Origin: Tubulanus polymorphus
Lineage: Eukaryota > Animalia > Nemertea
Length of the DNA stretch: 64,000 nt
Direction: 5' to 3'
NCBI RefSeq assembly: GCF_964204645.1
Contig: NC_134025.1
Location: 1,426,001-1,490,000, forward strand
Both the position numbers and the translations under genes were made by a program. Of the stretch, positions 1 to 28,325 are shown piece by piece. The notes under the pieces are model-generated. The model saw only the letters and a list, made by a program, of their open reading frames with translations, ran no database searches and was not told where the DNA came from. The first letter of the stretch is position 1, and the number at the start of each line of letters is the position of its first letter.

Positions 1-1350
1 GGTCTGCTTGAAAACTGATGAAATGGAAAAAACTTTACTTTTTATAACCTTTATATAGTTATAAGTATAATATAAATTGCTAACCATAGATAGAGTTAAT
101 CTTAAGTTACTATAAAACAATAATTTTGAAGCGAGACCTGACACGGCAGCTCGCGCCATTTTGCAGAGCTTCTCGAGACCTGTGGTGACAGGTCTGCATT
201 AAAACTGATGAAATGAAGGGAAACATTAATTTTTATGGTCTCTTTATAGTAAAGAGTATAATATAAATTGCTAACCATGGATAGAATTAATCTTAAGTTA
301 CTATAAAACAATAATTATGAAGCGAGACCTCACACGGCAACGCGCGCCATTTTGCAGAGCTTCTCGAGACCTGTGGTGACAGGTCTGCTTGAAAACTGAT
401 GAAATGGAAAAAACTTTACTTTTTATGGTATCTTTATAGTAATGAATATAAAATAGATTGCTAACCATGGATATAGTTAATCTTAAGTTACTAAAAAACA
501 TTAATTATGAAGCGAGACCTCACACGGCAGCTCGCGCCATTTTGCCGAGCTTCTCGAGACCTGTGGTGACAGGTCTGCATTAAAACTGATAAAATGAAGG
601 AAAACATTGATTTTTATGGTCTCTTTATAGTAAAGAGTATAATATAAATTGCTAACCATAGATAGAATTAATCTTAAGTTACTATAAAACAATAATTTTG
701 AAGCGAGACCTGACACGGCAGCTCGCGCCATTTTGCAGAGCTTCTCGGGACCTGTGGTGACAGGTCTGCACTAAAACTGATGAAATTGAAAAAACTTTAC
801 TTTTTATAACCTTTATATAGTAAAGAGTATAATATAAATTGCTAACCATGGATATAGTTAACTTTAAGTTACTATAAAACAATAATTTTGAAGCGAGACC
901 TGACACGGCAACGCGCGCCATTTTGCAGAGCTTCGGGACCTGTGGTGACAGGTCTGCACTAAAACTGATGAAATTGAAAAAACTTTACTTTTTATAACCT
1001 TTATATAGTAAAGAGTATAATATAAATTGCTAACCATAGATAGAGTTAATCTTAAGTTACTATAAAACAATAATTTTGAAGCGAGACCTCACACGGCAGC
1101 TCGCGCCATTTTGCAGAGCTTCTCGAGACCTGTGGTGACAGGTCTGCTTGAAAACTGATGAAATGGAAAAAACTTTACTTTTTATGGTATCTTTATAGTA
1201 ATGAATATAATATAGATTGCTAACCATGGATATAGTTAATCTTAAGTTACTACAAAACAATAATTATGAAGCGAGACCTCACACGGCAGCTCGCGCCATT
1301 TTACAGAGCTTCTCGGGACCTGTGGTGACAGGTCTGCATTAAAACTGATA
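1..1350. repeat. ~190-bp tandem satellite, about 7 copies, truncated by the window start
   Basis: The unit GGTCTGC...GAGACCTGTGGTGACA restarts at about 1, 191, 382, 572, 763, 951, 1141 and 1331. Each unit holds the palindrome GACCTGT-GGTG-ACAGGTC. The six short ORFs here are repeat translations. Confidence 0.95.
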
Positions 1351-1888
1351 TAAGAAAAAAACTTCATGCTTTAAATTGATGAGTTGATTTAAAATCAGTC
1401 TCAATAAAATCAGTCTCTATATTGCATTCGGCTCTTTTACATGTACATCATAAAGACAATGAATATATATAGTGAGACTTCAGGACTTCAGGACAGTGAG
1501 GAGTGTTGCCGAACTGTGATAGTGAGCAGATAATTTTCAGTGTCTTATTGCGGAAACGAAATATCAAGACCTCGATTCATCTAGCGAAAATATTCTCTTA
1601 TAATGTGCTCTTATTTCTACATTAATTAATTCATCTTTGCCTGAAACTTATTTTTTACCTTTAATACAGAAATAAGTCATAGTTTACACATAAATATTTT
1701 CTTCTTATAAATCAACCTTTCAAATGAATTATTTGTCAGAACATTTTCCTTATCGTTATTGTTGAATCATTTTCGATATTAACGACGGGTCAGAATATTC
1801 ATTCAACTCAAAATGTTCTTCCATTCGTCTAACACATGCCTAGATATTTCGCCGTTCCGTCAAATATTGTCATGAGTTTGGGTTTTTT

Positions 1889-2177
1889 CGGGACCTGACA
1901 TGACAGGTCAGACCTGTCATGTCAGGTCTTAAGACCTGACATGACAGGTTCTGGAAACTCTGCAGACAGACATCAATCCTTGAACTAAAAGATTGAAACT
2001 ATGGGACCACATCGGGACTGAACTATAATATACGGTACGTTCGGTAGTTCCGACCACATTCGACTTAAAAACCGAAGTTCGCTAAGCTATTTACCCTTTG
2101 CGTGTTTATTCCAGACCCGGTGTCAGATCCGTGTTTTAGTGAGTGTCCGGTGTCAGATCCGTGTTTTTAGTGAGTGC
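1889..2177. mobile_element. Probable terminal region of a DNA transposon adjoining the 190-bp satellite
   Basis: Three palindromic GACCTGACATGACAGGT(C) units at 1892-1949 share the motif of the satellite unit. A ~30-bp direct repeat CCGGTGTCAGATCCGTGTTTT(T)AGTGAGTG lies at 2117-2176. The other end is not visible in the window. Confidence 0.35.
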
Positions 2178-2369
2178 TTAATGGCGTCACTTCCGTAAAC
2201 AATGTCGCAGCTGTAATTATTATTTTAATGAGGAGATTGAAGTAAATATTCGAGAATAATCTCGATTAACGATCTATTTATAGAATATTTTGAAATGTCC
2301 ACCGCGTGACACGAGTGCCGTCGTTTAAATACGTAATTTACGTCTCGGAAACAACAACGAGAGAAAGAG
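2178..2369 (+). promoter_or_regulatory. Probable promoter and non-coding first exon of the TCP11L1-like gene
   Basis: CpG-enriched stretch with ATGGCG (YY1-like) and ACTTCCG (ETS-like) motifs at about 2181-2195. A strong donor GAG|GTGAGT at 2369/2370 could splice to the acceptor at 3226. Confidence 0.5.
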
Positions 2370-3070
2370 GTGAGTTTTTTCCACTCGCTCGACCAGTCGA
2401 CGACGGGTGAGAAAAAATTGTCGGATCCGATAGCTGGATAGGGTTCACCAGACTAATCTCACTCCAGACTCAGAGTCGTCAAAGATTGAAATATTTGAAA
2501 TGAGAAAAGAAAGAATAATTCATTAAAATCGTTGAAATTTGGGCACAACACCCAACAGTAAACAATGGTTTTTCTTAATTCATTGATCATGTGTTTATTA
2601 AGAATGAATATGGTGGGAATAGAATTTCGAAATTTCTAGGCCCAAGAATTTAGAAATATTTCGAAATCTATTCTTAGAGGTTTGCGCCACAAAGAAGATT
2701 GCAATGCTGTTGGTGCTAATTTTAGTTTTAATTGGCAAAGCTTTTGCAAACAATGACTATTTATAGAAAGGCCTTGTCTGAATCAATTCTTTCTAAATTG
2801 AGATTAGTAAGAACCATTTTTTCATGAATTTCTCGAAAAATGCACATTTTCTCTCTATATAAAATGTAATCGATTTCATTGCGAGATATTTACAATTCTG
2901 ATCTACAACGTGTAGGCTAGTTGATTGAGAGAAGACTAACTGATTATTGGATATGTCTTTTACACCAGAACGCGGTAAACCTGATGCGTGCATTTATATT
3001 TTGTCTCCTCCTGGAAAAACGGGAGAAATTATTTTCATATAATTTCGGAAGAGTATCCAGATAGTTAAAT

Positions 3071-3185
3071 AATAATAAAATGCAACTATCACAATCTTTA
3101 TGATGATAATGAGTTTATATAACGTTTGAACATGTAATTAAACTCATTATCATCATGAAGATTGTGATAGTTGCGTTTTTATTAT
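3071..3185. repeat. Fold-back inverted repeat (small hairpin MITE-like element)
   Basis: ATAATAAAATGCAACTATCACAATCTTTATGATGATAATGAGTTTA is nearly the reverse complement of TAAACTCATTATCATCATGAAGATTGTGATAGTTGCGTTTTTATTAT, with a loop of about 20 nt. Confidence 0.8.
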
Positions 3186-3228
3186 CATTTAGAAATTATT
3201 TTCATTGAATTATTTTGTATTTGTAGAA

Positions 3229-6200
3229 ATGAAGAATATGGATGATGATAACGGGAATGTTGAGGATAATTCACGAGCAGCAGAATCAGATGAGTTGTCA
3301 TCGTCAAATGATTCAACGTCTTATAAACAACAACAACAAGAGAGGAGTTCAGTAATGGACCGCAGTTCAGCAGCTAACCATTTACATTTCAATGTAGCTG
3401 GTAAGATTCTAGGACAATTGCCCCCCGGATATCCGATCGTGAAACTAAACCACAGTTACTGACTAGGAAAATCCAAGAAACGTGAGGGAATTTTGGATTC
3501 CCTGATCTGTTTCACTAGCTGAATATTTGTTGTTTAATTACAGCATCACCTCCGAAGTTTGTCTCATTCGATGACGTCATGCGGACAGCTGATGGAATAT
3601 CAAACATGGCTTTAGCTCATGAGATCGCTGTCGATAATGAATTCAAACTGGAAAAATTTGATCCTCCAGAAAACAGGTAGAATATACTGTTTATTTACTC
3701 GGTCTATCGGAGTATGAATGATCATGTATTTAGAAGATGATCAACTATTTCAGTATGGAGAAACAAGTGAAAGATATAATGCATAAAGCATTCTGGGATT
3801 CATTGGAAGAGAAATTGAAAGAGGATCCACCCGATTATTCTCATGGTCTCATGTTATTAGCAGAAATCAAAGAGGTATTAATCGAAAATAGATAATGCTT
3901 TTAATACAGTCAGACTTGTTTAAGTCTTCACATTAGGCCATCCCAAAATAATTGTCTGTTTGTCGTAACACCGACTCAAATTTTCAGGATGAGTTGGTAG
4001 GTCGGTATCTTTTTGCAAAATTTCAGGGCAAAAAAAATAATCACCTTTTTTATATGGAAACAATATCAAAAATAAAATTTATTTCAATGAATCCCCAAAA
4101 AAGATTTTCACTCGGTAGCCTACCTTTGAAGTCGGGTTAAGACAAACAGACATTATTTTATGATGGCCTCTCTATTTCTATTTCAATTTGTCATTTGGAT
4201 TAGTCATCAACATAATGATTGTCACAACTACGTTACCTTAAGTAAAATTCAAAGGAGATCAGATTTGGTCTCTCCTGATACCTCTGAGTAAATCAATACT
4301 CAGCTTAGATTTTACTAAGTGTAAGTCGTCAATTGGATAAATCATCAACAAAATGATTTCATGATTCTATATGCGATTTTTTTTTAGGCGTTGATGTCAA
4401 TATTACTTCCTCAACACAACCGCCTACAAGCACATATCAACGAAGTCCTCGATTTAGAACTCATCGAACAAAAAGTTGAATACGAAGTTCTAGATTTTCA
4501 TTACTACGCCGATTTCGTGATTTCGATAATGTCTCGAATGTGCGCTCCGGTTAGGGATGAAAATATTGCTGATTTACGAGAAATTACTGAAATTGTTCCA
4601 TTATTCAGGTAAACGAATGATTCATAACTACAATTCCTCGAAAACTCCTTTAACCCTTTCAGTGCTGGCTAATTAATACCCTATAGTGCTGAAGATAATT
4701 TGAAAATTCTGAAAAATTCCACCCTAGTGTGTTGAATAACGGGAATACCACTATAGTGCGTCTACACCGCGACGCGGTGTATCGTTAGTTACTAATATTT
4801 CACTATGTTTGACAGGTGCTGCCATCTTTCAAGAGAGATAATTAGTAATTACTAATAAAATCAATACACCGCAGTGCGGTGTACTAGCAAAATCCATTAC
4901 TGACTCGTACATCGCACTGCGGTGAAGACGCACTCAAAGGGTTAAATATCAAGAATTATCTTCATGCACCTCAAATCGCTGATATTAAATCCCACACTAA
5001 GAAAGAAACAATTTTTAGTTGATGATTTATTTTAACATAATCCCAATATTTTCCCAGTAAAATCTAATAGAAAATAATCATCATTTATTGATTGGATTGT
5101 GTTTTATATATGTATGTAGGGAGATATTTTCTGTGATCGATTTAATGAAGATGGACATGGCGAATTTCACTATACAACAAATGAGACCTTACATTCAACA
5201 GCATTCCGTGGAGTATGAGAGGAAAAAGTTTCAGGAGTTTCTTAAACAACAACAAGGTCAGTAATTAATAAAGTTCTTCAAGTTTGACTGATTTTGAGGA
5301 TTATGTATGCACATGTAGGAAACTTTTTGCCCGCCTCCTTCTGGGGCCTATACTCAGGACGCTGGGGCCGTGAGACTTCTTTTAGACTCATAAGAGCCTC
5401 GTAATCTTTTAGAGCCCCATCATTTAACAAACACTTCATATGAAAAAGAGCAGTTTAACTCAGAATAAATCAGAAAAGGGAACTATCTGTAAAGGATGAG
5501 GAACTAGTCTAAATGAATGATATAAAAATTTTGTAGAAAATGATATGGATGGATTGGTATTCACTAAAGACTGGTTACAGAAAACATACGATAAAGTTGA
5601 GATGACATCGCAGAATGCATTGTTGGAAGCATCAGCTCCTGTTCCCATGGTAACTCCGGCTTCAATACTGAATGAAGCGTATCTGGAATTGCTCGCATGG
5701 GACGAAAGGCGTACGTTCCCAGAGGTAAAGAAAAATTACCAGAACCAATTTTTACAAACTCAAAAGAGTTGAATCTCTTTGAAAATGAACTAATTTTAAC
5801 TGACAGAGATAATTCTGGAACTGGAGTCAGTCTTAAGATTGATTTCACTTTGGAAGAATGATAATTACGTAATGAATAACTCAAACAGTAGTTGTAAATG
5901 ACGGTGTTTTTCAGACGATGGTCATGGATGAAGGCAGGATTTTAGATTTAAAAGATAAAACTCAACAGTTAACGATGGTTTCTGCGATACTATTGGTTAC
6001 GTATAATATGGCCGGTGCTGGCATTGCTGGAATCACTGGATTTAAAACTAAACTTAAAAACGAAATCAATATTTTGTTGGATGAAGTTCCAGAATAGTAA
6101 GTACCAGTATAAAGACATTACTGCGATCATCTCTATTTTTGATTGCAAATTTGTTTAATAGTCGTCATGTGTATAAGTCATCAACAACATGAGTCGTGTT

Positions 6201-7549
6201 TGACTGAATATAAGGTTTAATTAGTTTCAATGATTGAGTTATATTTGTGAATATTGCAGTGAATTAGAATCTAAGATCGAGGGTGTTGGGGACCATGTGA
6301 TCCGTCAAGTCAATGAATGTCTTCACAAACATGGTTTTCAAGAAATGGACGCTTCAAAACAAAAATCATTAAAAGGACAAATCAAAGATGTATTAGATAA
6401 AAATCATCCAGTTAGACGACTACTATGTAAGTACAGTTCTCAATAATAACATCCCTTCAAACCATCATACCTTAACCATCGAGGATCATCTCAGAGTGCA
6501 GGCTCGGAGGGGTACAGAGTACAGGCTCGGAGGGGTACAGAGTGCAGGCTCAGAGAGGTACAGAGTACAGGCTCAGAGGGGTACAGAGTACAGGCTCAGA
6601 GGGGTACAGAGTGCAGGCTCAGAGGGGTACAGAGTACAGGCTCGGAGGGGTACAGAGTGCAGGCTCGGAGGGGTACAGAGTACAGGCTCGGAGGGGTACA
6701 GAGTACAGGCTCGGAGGGGTACACAGTGCAGGCTCAGAGGGGTACACAGTGCAGGCTCGGAGGGGTACACAGTGCAGGCTCGGAGGGGTACAGAGTACAG
6801 GCTCGGAGGGGTACAGAGTACAGGCTCGGAGGGGTACAGAGTACAGGCTCGGAGGGGTACAGAGTACAGGCTCGGAGGGGTACACAGTGCAGGCTCGGAG
6901 GGGTACACAGTGCAGGCTCGGAGGGGTACACAGTGCAGGCTCGGAGGGGTACACAGTGCAGGCTCGGAGGGGTACAGAGTACAGGCTCGGAGGGGTACAG
7001 AGTACAGGCTCGGAGGGGTACAGAGTACAGGCTCGGAGGGGTACACAGTGCAGGCTCGGAGGGGTACAGAGTACAGGCTCGGAGGGGTACACAGTGCAGG
7101 CTCGGAGGGGTACACAGTGCAGGCTCGGAGGGGTACACAGTGCAGGCTCGGAGGGGTACAGAGTACAGGCTCGGAGGGGTACAAGAGTACAGGCTCGGAG
7201 GGGTACAGAGTACAGGCTCAGAGGGGTACACAGTGCAGGCTCGGAGGGGTACACAGTGCAGGCCTTGAGGGGTACACAGTGCAGGTAGTATTAATCAATT
7301 TTTCTATAATATTTATACTCTGTTTCAGATTCACGTGTGATTGATTTCATTCGTCAAGTTTTAACGACGTGTAAATCTGAACCGATGAAAATTCCACCGG
7401 GTTTATCGGCTGTCGAACCGGAATTAAGCGCCGTCTGCGGTCATTTCTGTCGTTTGATGTCGCACAATCGCTCGGTATTCGGACTGTATTACGCAGATAT
7501 CATGGCTACAATTACCAAACGAAACGTCGATCTATCTCCGAGAAATTAG
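3229..7549 (+). CDS. TCP11L1: T-complex protein 11-like protein (TCP11L1/TCP11L2 family), 9 coding exons
   Basis: Phase-consistent GT-AG exons: 3229-3400, 3544-3676, 3754-3874, 4388-4608, 5120-5256, 5537-5724, 5915-6096, 6260-6426, 7329-7549 (TAG). The translation contains [57 protein letters not shown] and [10 protein letters not shown], which I recognise as Tcp11-domain motifs. Confidence 0.92.
3935..4169. mobile_element. MITE with ~40-bp imperfect terminal inverted repeats, in a TCP11L1 intron
   Basis: AGGCCATCCCAAAATAATTGTCTGTTTGTC at the left end mirrors GACAAACAGACATTATTTTATGATGGCCT at the right end. No coding capacity. Confidence 0.75.
4654..4941. mobile_element. Non-autonomous piggyBac-like element with TTAA target-site duplication
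   Basis: TTAA|CCCTTTCAGTGC ... GCACTCAAAGGG|TTAA, with TSDs at 4650-4653 and 4942-4945. Three internal palindromes of the type TACACCGC-NNN-GCGGTGTA. Confidence 0.85.
6492..7285. repeat. 23-bp minisatellite (GTACAGAGTACAGGCTCGGAGGG / GTACACAGTGCAGGCTCGGAGGG) in the last TCP11L1 intron
   Basis: About 34 tandem units lying between exons 6260-6426 and 7329-7549. It gives stop-free ORFs in all six frames. Confidence 0.97.
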
Positions 7550-8491
7550 AAGAATATTCCTTCTTCGGTCGAAGTGTGAACTGTTCGTATCCTATCAATG
7601 ATGGATTTGTTGTTCTTCTTATAATAAGAAGAGAGATGATATGATTACAGGTGAAATTTATAATATTTAATGAGTATTGGAATAATCACTGCAGGTGTAG
7701 GTTGTTCTACGGGTGTCAGTTAAACTACGGTCAAATAAGCTTAGTTCAGATCGCATGTTAACTGGATTACCACCGGACCTCGGTTCGCTGCCCAAATTTT
7801 AGATCCTTGGAAACATAGATTCATGGCTCATTTTAATCAAAATGATGTTCTCTCACCCGACTAGACAACGGTCCTAACAGTGGCAGATAATCAAGAGTTT
7901 ACTTAAATCCTGGTTATACAGATTTATGAAGGCGAATCATAACGAATATCGGGAATTGGCGGATGAAGCAGGAATGAACTAACAGAGCTATAAATCTAAC
8001 TGATAACTGCTGAACTGGAGTTGAAAGTTAGTCTTCTAGTTGTGTGAATATTTTAGACGACGCAATATGTTGTAACTGCAGTCAGTTTATCCTATCTAAC
8101 GAGAATGGTAAATATTCCATAGACACGAGATAAGTAAGCTTATCAATCATATTATTATGGGTAACTTGATAATTGTACAGTTTTTGAGGCCATTTGCACA
8201 GATCATATGCGTGGAGGGTGTTAAAAGAATTGACTACATATCCCTATGTACATATTACTTAATAATGAGTGCAAGGTAAAGTGGTTGTAAAATCTGCTTT
8301 ATTCCCCATATGTACTTAATGAACCCAGCCTCGGACCTCACTTTGTTTTTGAGGTCATTCTCGTTTGTGCTGCTGTATATTGATCTATTGTTTGATATTG
8401 TGATACATCATGGGAATTACCAGCAGGTTTACCAGTTCAAAAAATAGTTAACGGTTCATATGCAAATATGACTGCAAAACTACATTATTGT

Positions 8492-8624
8492 TCTCTCTCT
8501 CTCTCCCTCTCTCTCTCCCTCCCTCCCTCCCTCCCTCTCCCTCTCCCTCCCTCCCTCCCTCCCTCCCTCCCTCCCTCCCTCCCTCCCTCCCTCCCTCCCT
8601 CCCTCCCTCCCTCCCTCCCTCTCT
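8492..8624. repeat. (CT)n/(CCCT)n microsatellite
   Basis: Directly visible pyrimidine tract downstream of the TCP11L1 stop codon. Confidence 0.95.
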
Positions 8625-9391
8625 CGATTCATTTTGAACAACGTTTCGGCTAAACACTATTACACATTCACATTGTGCATGTATTCGTAATATCAGAATG
8701 ATGTTTTTGATGGCGTAAACAAAACTCTTCAAATTTTCATATTTTCAAGCTGAATAATCATCGAAAACTCTTCGAATTCTTGATTGATTGAATATTATGA
8801 ACCCTGAATAACTAGTAATACAGTTAGAGATTGACTATGTTCGGTGATTCTCATCCACATAATAAACAGCTGCTGAATCAATACCTGTCTGCTTTATAGA
8901 CCAGTTTCAGGTCACCACGCATACATCTAGTGACATTGAATGTTGTTATTCACCATTCTGTCAACTTGGTATGCGGCTAAAAAACGAAAATGATTCCATT
9001 TCTGGTCACAGTCATTACTGAAAAACAACCTACACATGGATAGTTGTGATATATCAATATCTATCTCCCATTTATAGAATATTTTTTGGCTTTTAATGTT
9101 TCTAATTGTTAAATGTTTCATGAATGGAATTATTGTGATATTTTTACTACGAGTATTTTAAAAGATCCCATCACAGACATTAGATAATATTTATAATAAA
9201 AGCTGATTGAAATGTGTAAAATACCTCTACCATTTTGTGTCTTTGTATAATTATAAATCAAAAACATTATCGTTCGCCTTGCACACCTGATAAGGTACAT
9301 GGGATTGCAAGCACTTCTTATGTGAGATCATGTTTAAAAACATGTTAGTTTTATGTAATTTATGTGTAAAACCTGCTTTAGATTAGTAGCT

Positions 9392-9504
9392 GGACCCAGT
9401 TCTGCAGTTCTGTGTTAAGACTTGACTCAAAGAGTTAACTCATCGAAAATGAACTAATCTTAACTCAGGAGTTTACTCTAGCTCGCAACTGTGGAACCGG
9501 GTTC
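9392..9504. mobile_element. Short palindromic MITE, PIF/Harbinger-like family repeated across the window
   Basis: GGACCCAGTTCTGCAGTT...AACTGTGGAACCGGGTTC. Related copies at about 46200-46293, 38267-38350 and 61319-61402. Confidence 0.65.
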
Positions 9505-10525
9505 ATATCGTTAAGAAAGAAGCTCCTAATTGGAGGCTGGTTAGAATATACAAGGCCCTACACCAAGCTGCTTATAGCATTTCAGAATCATCTTCAATGT
9601 TCTTACTTGTGTTAGCACTTAATACATCAGCAGCTATCTTAAAAACCAATGACTATATAGTTTAACATGAAAAGATTAAATTACAAAATTTATGAGAATA
9701 TTCGAAATAGTTGACCAATATTGAGTAAGTAGTGATGTAATGTAGATGATATATAGAATACTTGTCGAATTTTACTTGGCGACATATTTTGATTTCTAAA
9801 GAAGAGGTGTTATTATATAGTTAACTTCAAATATAAGATCACTTCATCTATGCAAGTGTTGTGCAGTATATAGAAAAAAATAATATAATAATTTTACATC
9901 ATCAAATTTTAATTCTTCAACAAAAAAAACATAATAATTTAGTAATAAGTAGACTAATGCATGTATTCTAACTAGAAGATCTCAATCGCTACTCGGTGTA
10001 GAATCATTACCTATCTATCTGTGTTTTCTGTGTGTTTCGAATGTAACAATGGAATCGGTTAGAATTTATACACGTTGTTAGGCGTAAACTCTCCGATAGA
10101 AACAAGTATCCGAAATGACTAATCCAGGACTTCTTAAAGATCCGCTCTGATTAAAGAGGATTGACTAAAGTAGTGAGTTTCTATCTTTTACGAGTTTAAA
10201 CATGTTGCGACTCATTCGCCATCTATCGGATTTCGTTACAGTCACAACAAAGCAGCGCTGTATATTTGTGTCTAGAGCTTCGTATTGTGATAAACTTCGC
10301 CAAATTAATATAATTTCTCATTGTTTGAATTATTGTATTTATTGTATACTATGATGTAGTGTTTATTATGTATAGAATTTACACTAAATGTCAATTATAA
10401 GTGCATTTTGCCTCATATGGTGAAATTGAGGGCTGACCCGAGTTGACATGACTGATCCTTGAACTATAGGCCTACTGTCTTGTAAATAGTTTATCAACCC
10501 GTGTGTGATATTTTGTAGATATGTG

Positions 10526-10531
10526 AATAAA
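10526..10531 (+). terminator. Candidate polyadenylation signal of a long TCP11L1 3' UTR
   Basis: AATAAA followed by a GT/T-rich tract. Other AATAAA hexamers exist upstream, so this assignment is tentative. Confidence 0.3.
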
Positions 10532-12623
10532 TTATCGTTAACGGCTAACTGTTCCTTTTTGGTATTTTTCTCTTGGCTTTTAATTTAGTGATGAAAAATC
10601 AAGCTGTTTTTGAACTTATCGCGTCGAGGGATCCCCGGGATATCCCACCCAGGTCCAGCTGGTAGTGCGCACTTCTATCCTCAGGCAATACAAACCATGG
10701 TTGGTCACCACGGTTAAATGGTCACAACACTGATCAGACAAAGACCCTACTGTATTTCGACACGTTTGGTGCATTGCCATTGGTGTAGTGGTTAGTACGG
10801 CTGGCTCACATGTGGTCGTTCCGAGGTTCGAGACCTGACCGAAGCCGTCGAGCCAGTATTGTTAATCTTTGCAGCGAAGATTTTTCTCTTTTTCGTTGAG
10901 CTTTTTTCCTTTTGGTGAAGAAGAGCACACTCACTTCTCTTTTTGGGAAGGCTGCAATCATCAAAAACGTCGGACGCTGCTATTAAAATTTTAAAGCTGA
11001 ACTCATATATCAGCTGATTTTGAATTCTTGTACAAAATATCAGAAAGTTGTTTACTATAATTTTTGCAGCGATCGATTGAAAAGTACGTAGAATTGTGAC
11101 ACAGTCATTATTGTTTATAGCATGCGGTAACTGGGTCATTGCAGACCGAGTCAACTGGAGGTTAGTTGCAGTATTTTAATCGACACCGGGCATCAATATC
11201 TAAATCGTACAAAGGGCACAGAGGCACTCGGGATTTGCTAAAGGTGAAAATCGGGGCAAAATTTTCAACAACTGACATTTTCGATCGATGAGAACCGGTT
11301 TTGAATAAGTTTATTTTATTTATATATACATATTTTAATTTTTGACAAATTTGATCGATAAGTTCAAACGTAGGTCTCATCTATAAATGATTAGCAAATT
11401 ACTATCTAATTCCCATTGTGTTTAGTAGGTGTGTATATTTTTAGTTCCGACGCACGTGAAGGGTTTATTATAATGGTTAGAATTTTTTAACTATCAATAA
11501 ACAAATATAAAGCAGATAGTTTTTTTGCTTGTTAACAACACTGCAGTCTCGCCATGCGCGCTATAACCTACTAAAAAAGATCTATCTATATTGGATGAAC
11601 AAAACAACAAAATTGTTTTTTATCAATGCTATTATAGATGCTAAATTGGGGGAAGATGGGATACACCGGAACAGTAGGTTATTATGACGTGGCATACGCC
11701 CTGCACTCCCTTTTAGTCATAAAAAGACATGTTTAATTTGCGTGCGAGCGTAAACCTTGATATTTTTAGAACAGCTTGTACCGCCTCGGTCATGTCCAGG
11801 TCACGAAGCATCGCGTACTTTTTTGCGTAGGCGAGAGATGTTCCGTACTTTTAATTATGTACGTGCTTATGATAAACATAATTTATGTATGAAGGATGAG
11901 ATACTGTGGATGAATATATGCGTTTTTATTTTGAAATATTTTATCAACAATAACCGAATTTTGATTGCGTAATATTGCTAGGAATTTTTATTCGTCTAGC
12001 AGTACTGAAAATCGATAGTGCGCTTCGCTGTTGCGCTATGCGTCAACACTACCATCGCATTCTCCAACGCGTTATTTGTTAAATACGTGAGCAGCCACGC
12101 ACTCGAAAACTTGTAATTCGAACATTTTCACCTTTCTGAAATATTAAATAGTCTTAGCGCGAGGCTGAGTTATGGGAAAATCGTGAAAATTACGCAAAAC
12201 CTACTAGCAGACTTCTCCACTTATCAGCCAATCACGAGCGAGTATTATTGTTCTAGGTCAAGGCATTGATCGAAAATATGTCAGCGGTAGATATTGTGAA
12301 AAACAAGTCGCGCTTACCACCGCACGAGTAAAACCGGCAGGCTCCACTTATTCGATTCATTATTTTAAACGTAAAAGCTGAACCAGGACGTACATTACAG
12401 TGAACAGTTAGAAAACTGAAAATACTGAGTGGGAGATACAATAACACATGAGATACAGCAACTATTGTGGCTTAAATCAGCTGATTGTCCCGAACTAGTA
12501 GTACCACATTACCGCGCACACGCTGGGCTTGACGCCGAAAATTTGGCGCATGGCATCTCACTTCCAGGAAAGTTGGATGAATTTGTGATTTTGAATTTTT
12601 GTGAACTTATCGTTATTTAGAAG

Positions 12624-26990
<14,367 letters not shown>

Positions 26991-28204
26991 AGATTATTTA
27001 GATAGTAACTTTTTAGAAAACTGAAATATCATTGTACATTTGATGTATGAAGTTGACTATCGTAGATGATCAGAGGTTGGAATAGTCGTGGATTGAATAC
27101 ACCCATCTTTAAAGAAACCATATATGATTGGCTGAAACATAAGTAATAGCCTGTTATTACGAGATCGATAAAGAATTGTGCCGTTAAACAGTAAAACTTT
27201 GAAGGTTCGTACTCATTCACGATGCCTGGGGCTTCAACTTCTAAAACTAAATAGTTGTCATCATTAACTCCCTGTTTTCTGTCTACTGCTAGTCATATAT
27301 GTTATATATATATTATATATAAATGTATCTATTTAATGATTACAATTTGTACATGAATAATAATAGTTGTTACATTTTACATACGACAGAACCACTTGAA
27401 ATATACTGAGTAGTATAATTTTCTCTATTGCACCTTTGTACATTTATTTCATGGGTATATTCATAGGTATGAAATTATACCCTTTGTCAACAAAACCATC
27501 TTTGAACCTTGAATTTTGAAAAAATCGTAGAAATTCCTAACAAACAGTTCTGTTGATCTGTTGCATTAGGCAAGTTTCGATTGAACGTTTTGCGGTTTAG
27601 TAATAGCAATCCGGATTACTAACTCTCTACCCCCGCTTCTATCGGGTTTACAGATTACAAACTCTCTACCGGCCGCTTCTATCGGGTTTACAGATTATGC
27701 TATTCTGGAATAGTTAGAGTGTATTTTGGTTGAAACAGAGGCATCAGATGAGAATTCGGGAGTCAGTAGAGACCAATTAACACCTGCCTAACACTTGAAG
27801 AAATGTATTGAATTGATTGATGTTTATGTGATGTTTTTATTAATTGTGGTCTCAAACACATAATTCTAGTTAAACATTGTCTATGACTTCTGTCCATGAA
27901 TTTTGTTCTATGTCTTTCTATAATTGTCTCGGAAAACCAAAATGTGCTACTTCAAATGTGTCATAAAATATGTACATTTATAAAACTTTTTTCTGGTGAA
28001 TGCTCAGCCTTCTCGGAATTTTTAACTCCAGTAAATGTAGCGAATAAGTATGAAATAATGATGTGTTACTCGTCAATGTACTGCGGTGAAATAATTTGTT
28101 GCTATGGTTATAATTGTTGTGATTAAATTAAAGTAGTTTATCATAAATTGCTCATACCGGTAAGATTGATCCCATTGATCCCACGAGAAAGAGATAAACA
28201 GTCT

Positions 28205-28325
28205 GAGGCCAGTTGTTCAAAAGATGTTTAATAAAGTAAACCAGCAGTGGATAACCGATATAGTGACAATTGAAACTGCCTTGTTATAAGATGGTCAATT
28301 TTAACCACCTTTTGAGCAACTGCTC
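28205..28325. mobile_element. Degenerate copy of the Harbinger-like MITE seen at 38139-38265, in the E75 3' region
   Basis: GGCCAGTTGTTCAAAAG...CAGTGGATA...TAGTGACAAT...CTTTTGAGCAACTG aligns with the 38139 copy. Confidence 0.65.

Noticed and set aside
1-1350. Regularly spaced repeats as a possible CRISPR array
   Set aside because: The whole 190-bp unit is repeated, so there are no unique spacers. No cas genes are present and the context is eukaryotic.
6496-7344. 165-282-aa ORFs in all six frames
   Set aside because: They are translations of a 23-bp minisatellite inside a TCP11L1 intron.
10608-11369. 13-bp inverted repeat TTTGAACTTATCG/CGATAAGTTCAAA around a 120-aa ORF, as a possible transposon
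   Set aside because: No TSD identified and the ORF shows no recognisable transposase motif.
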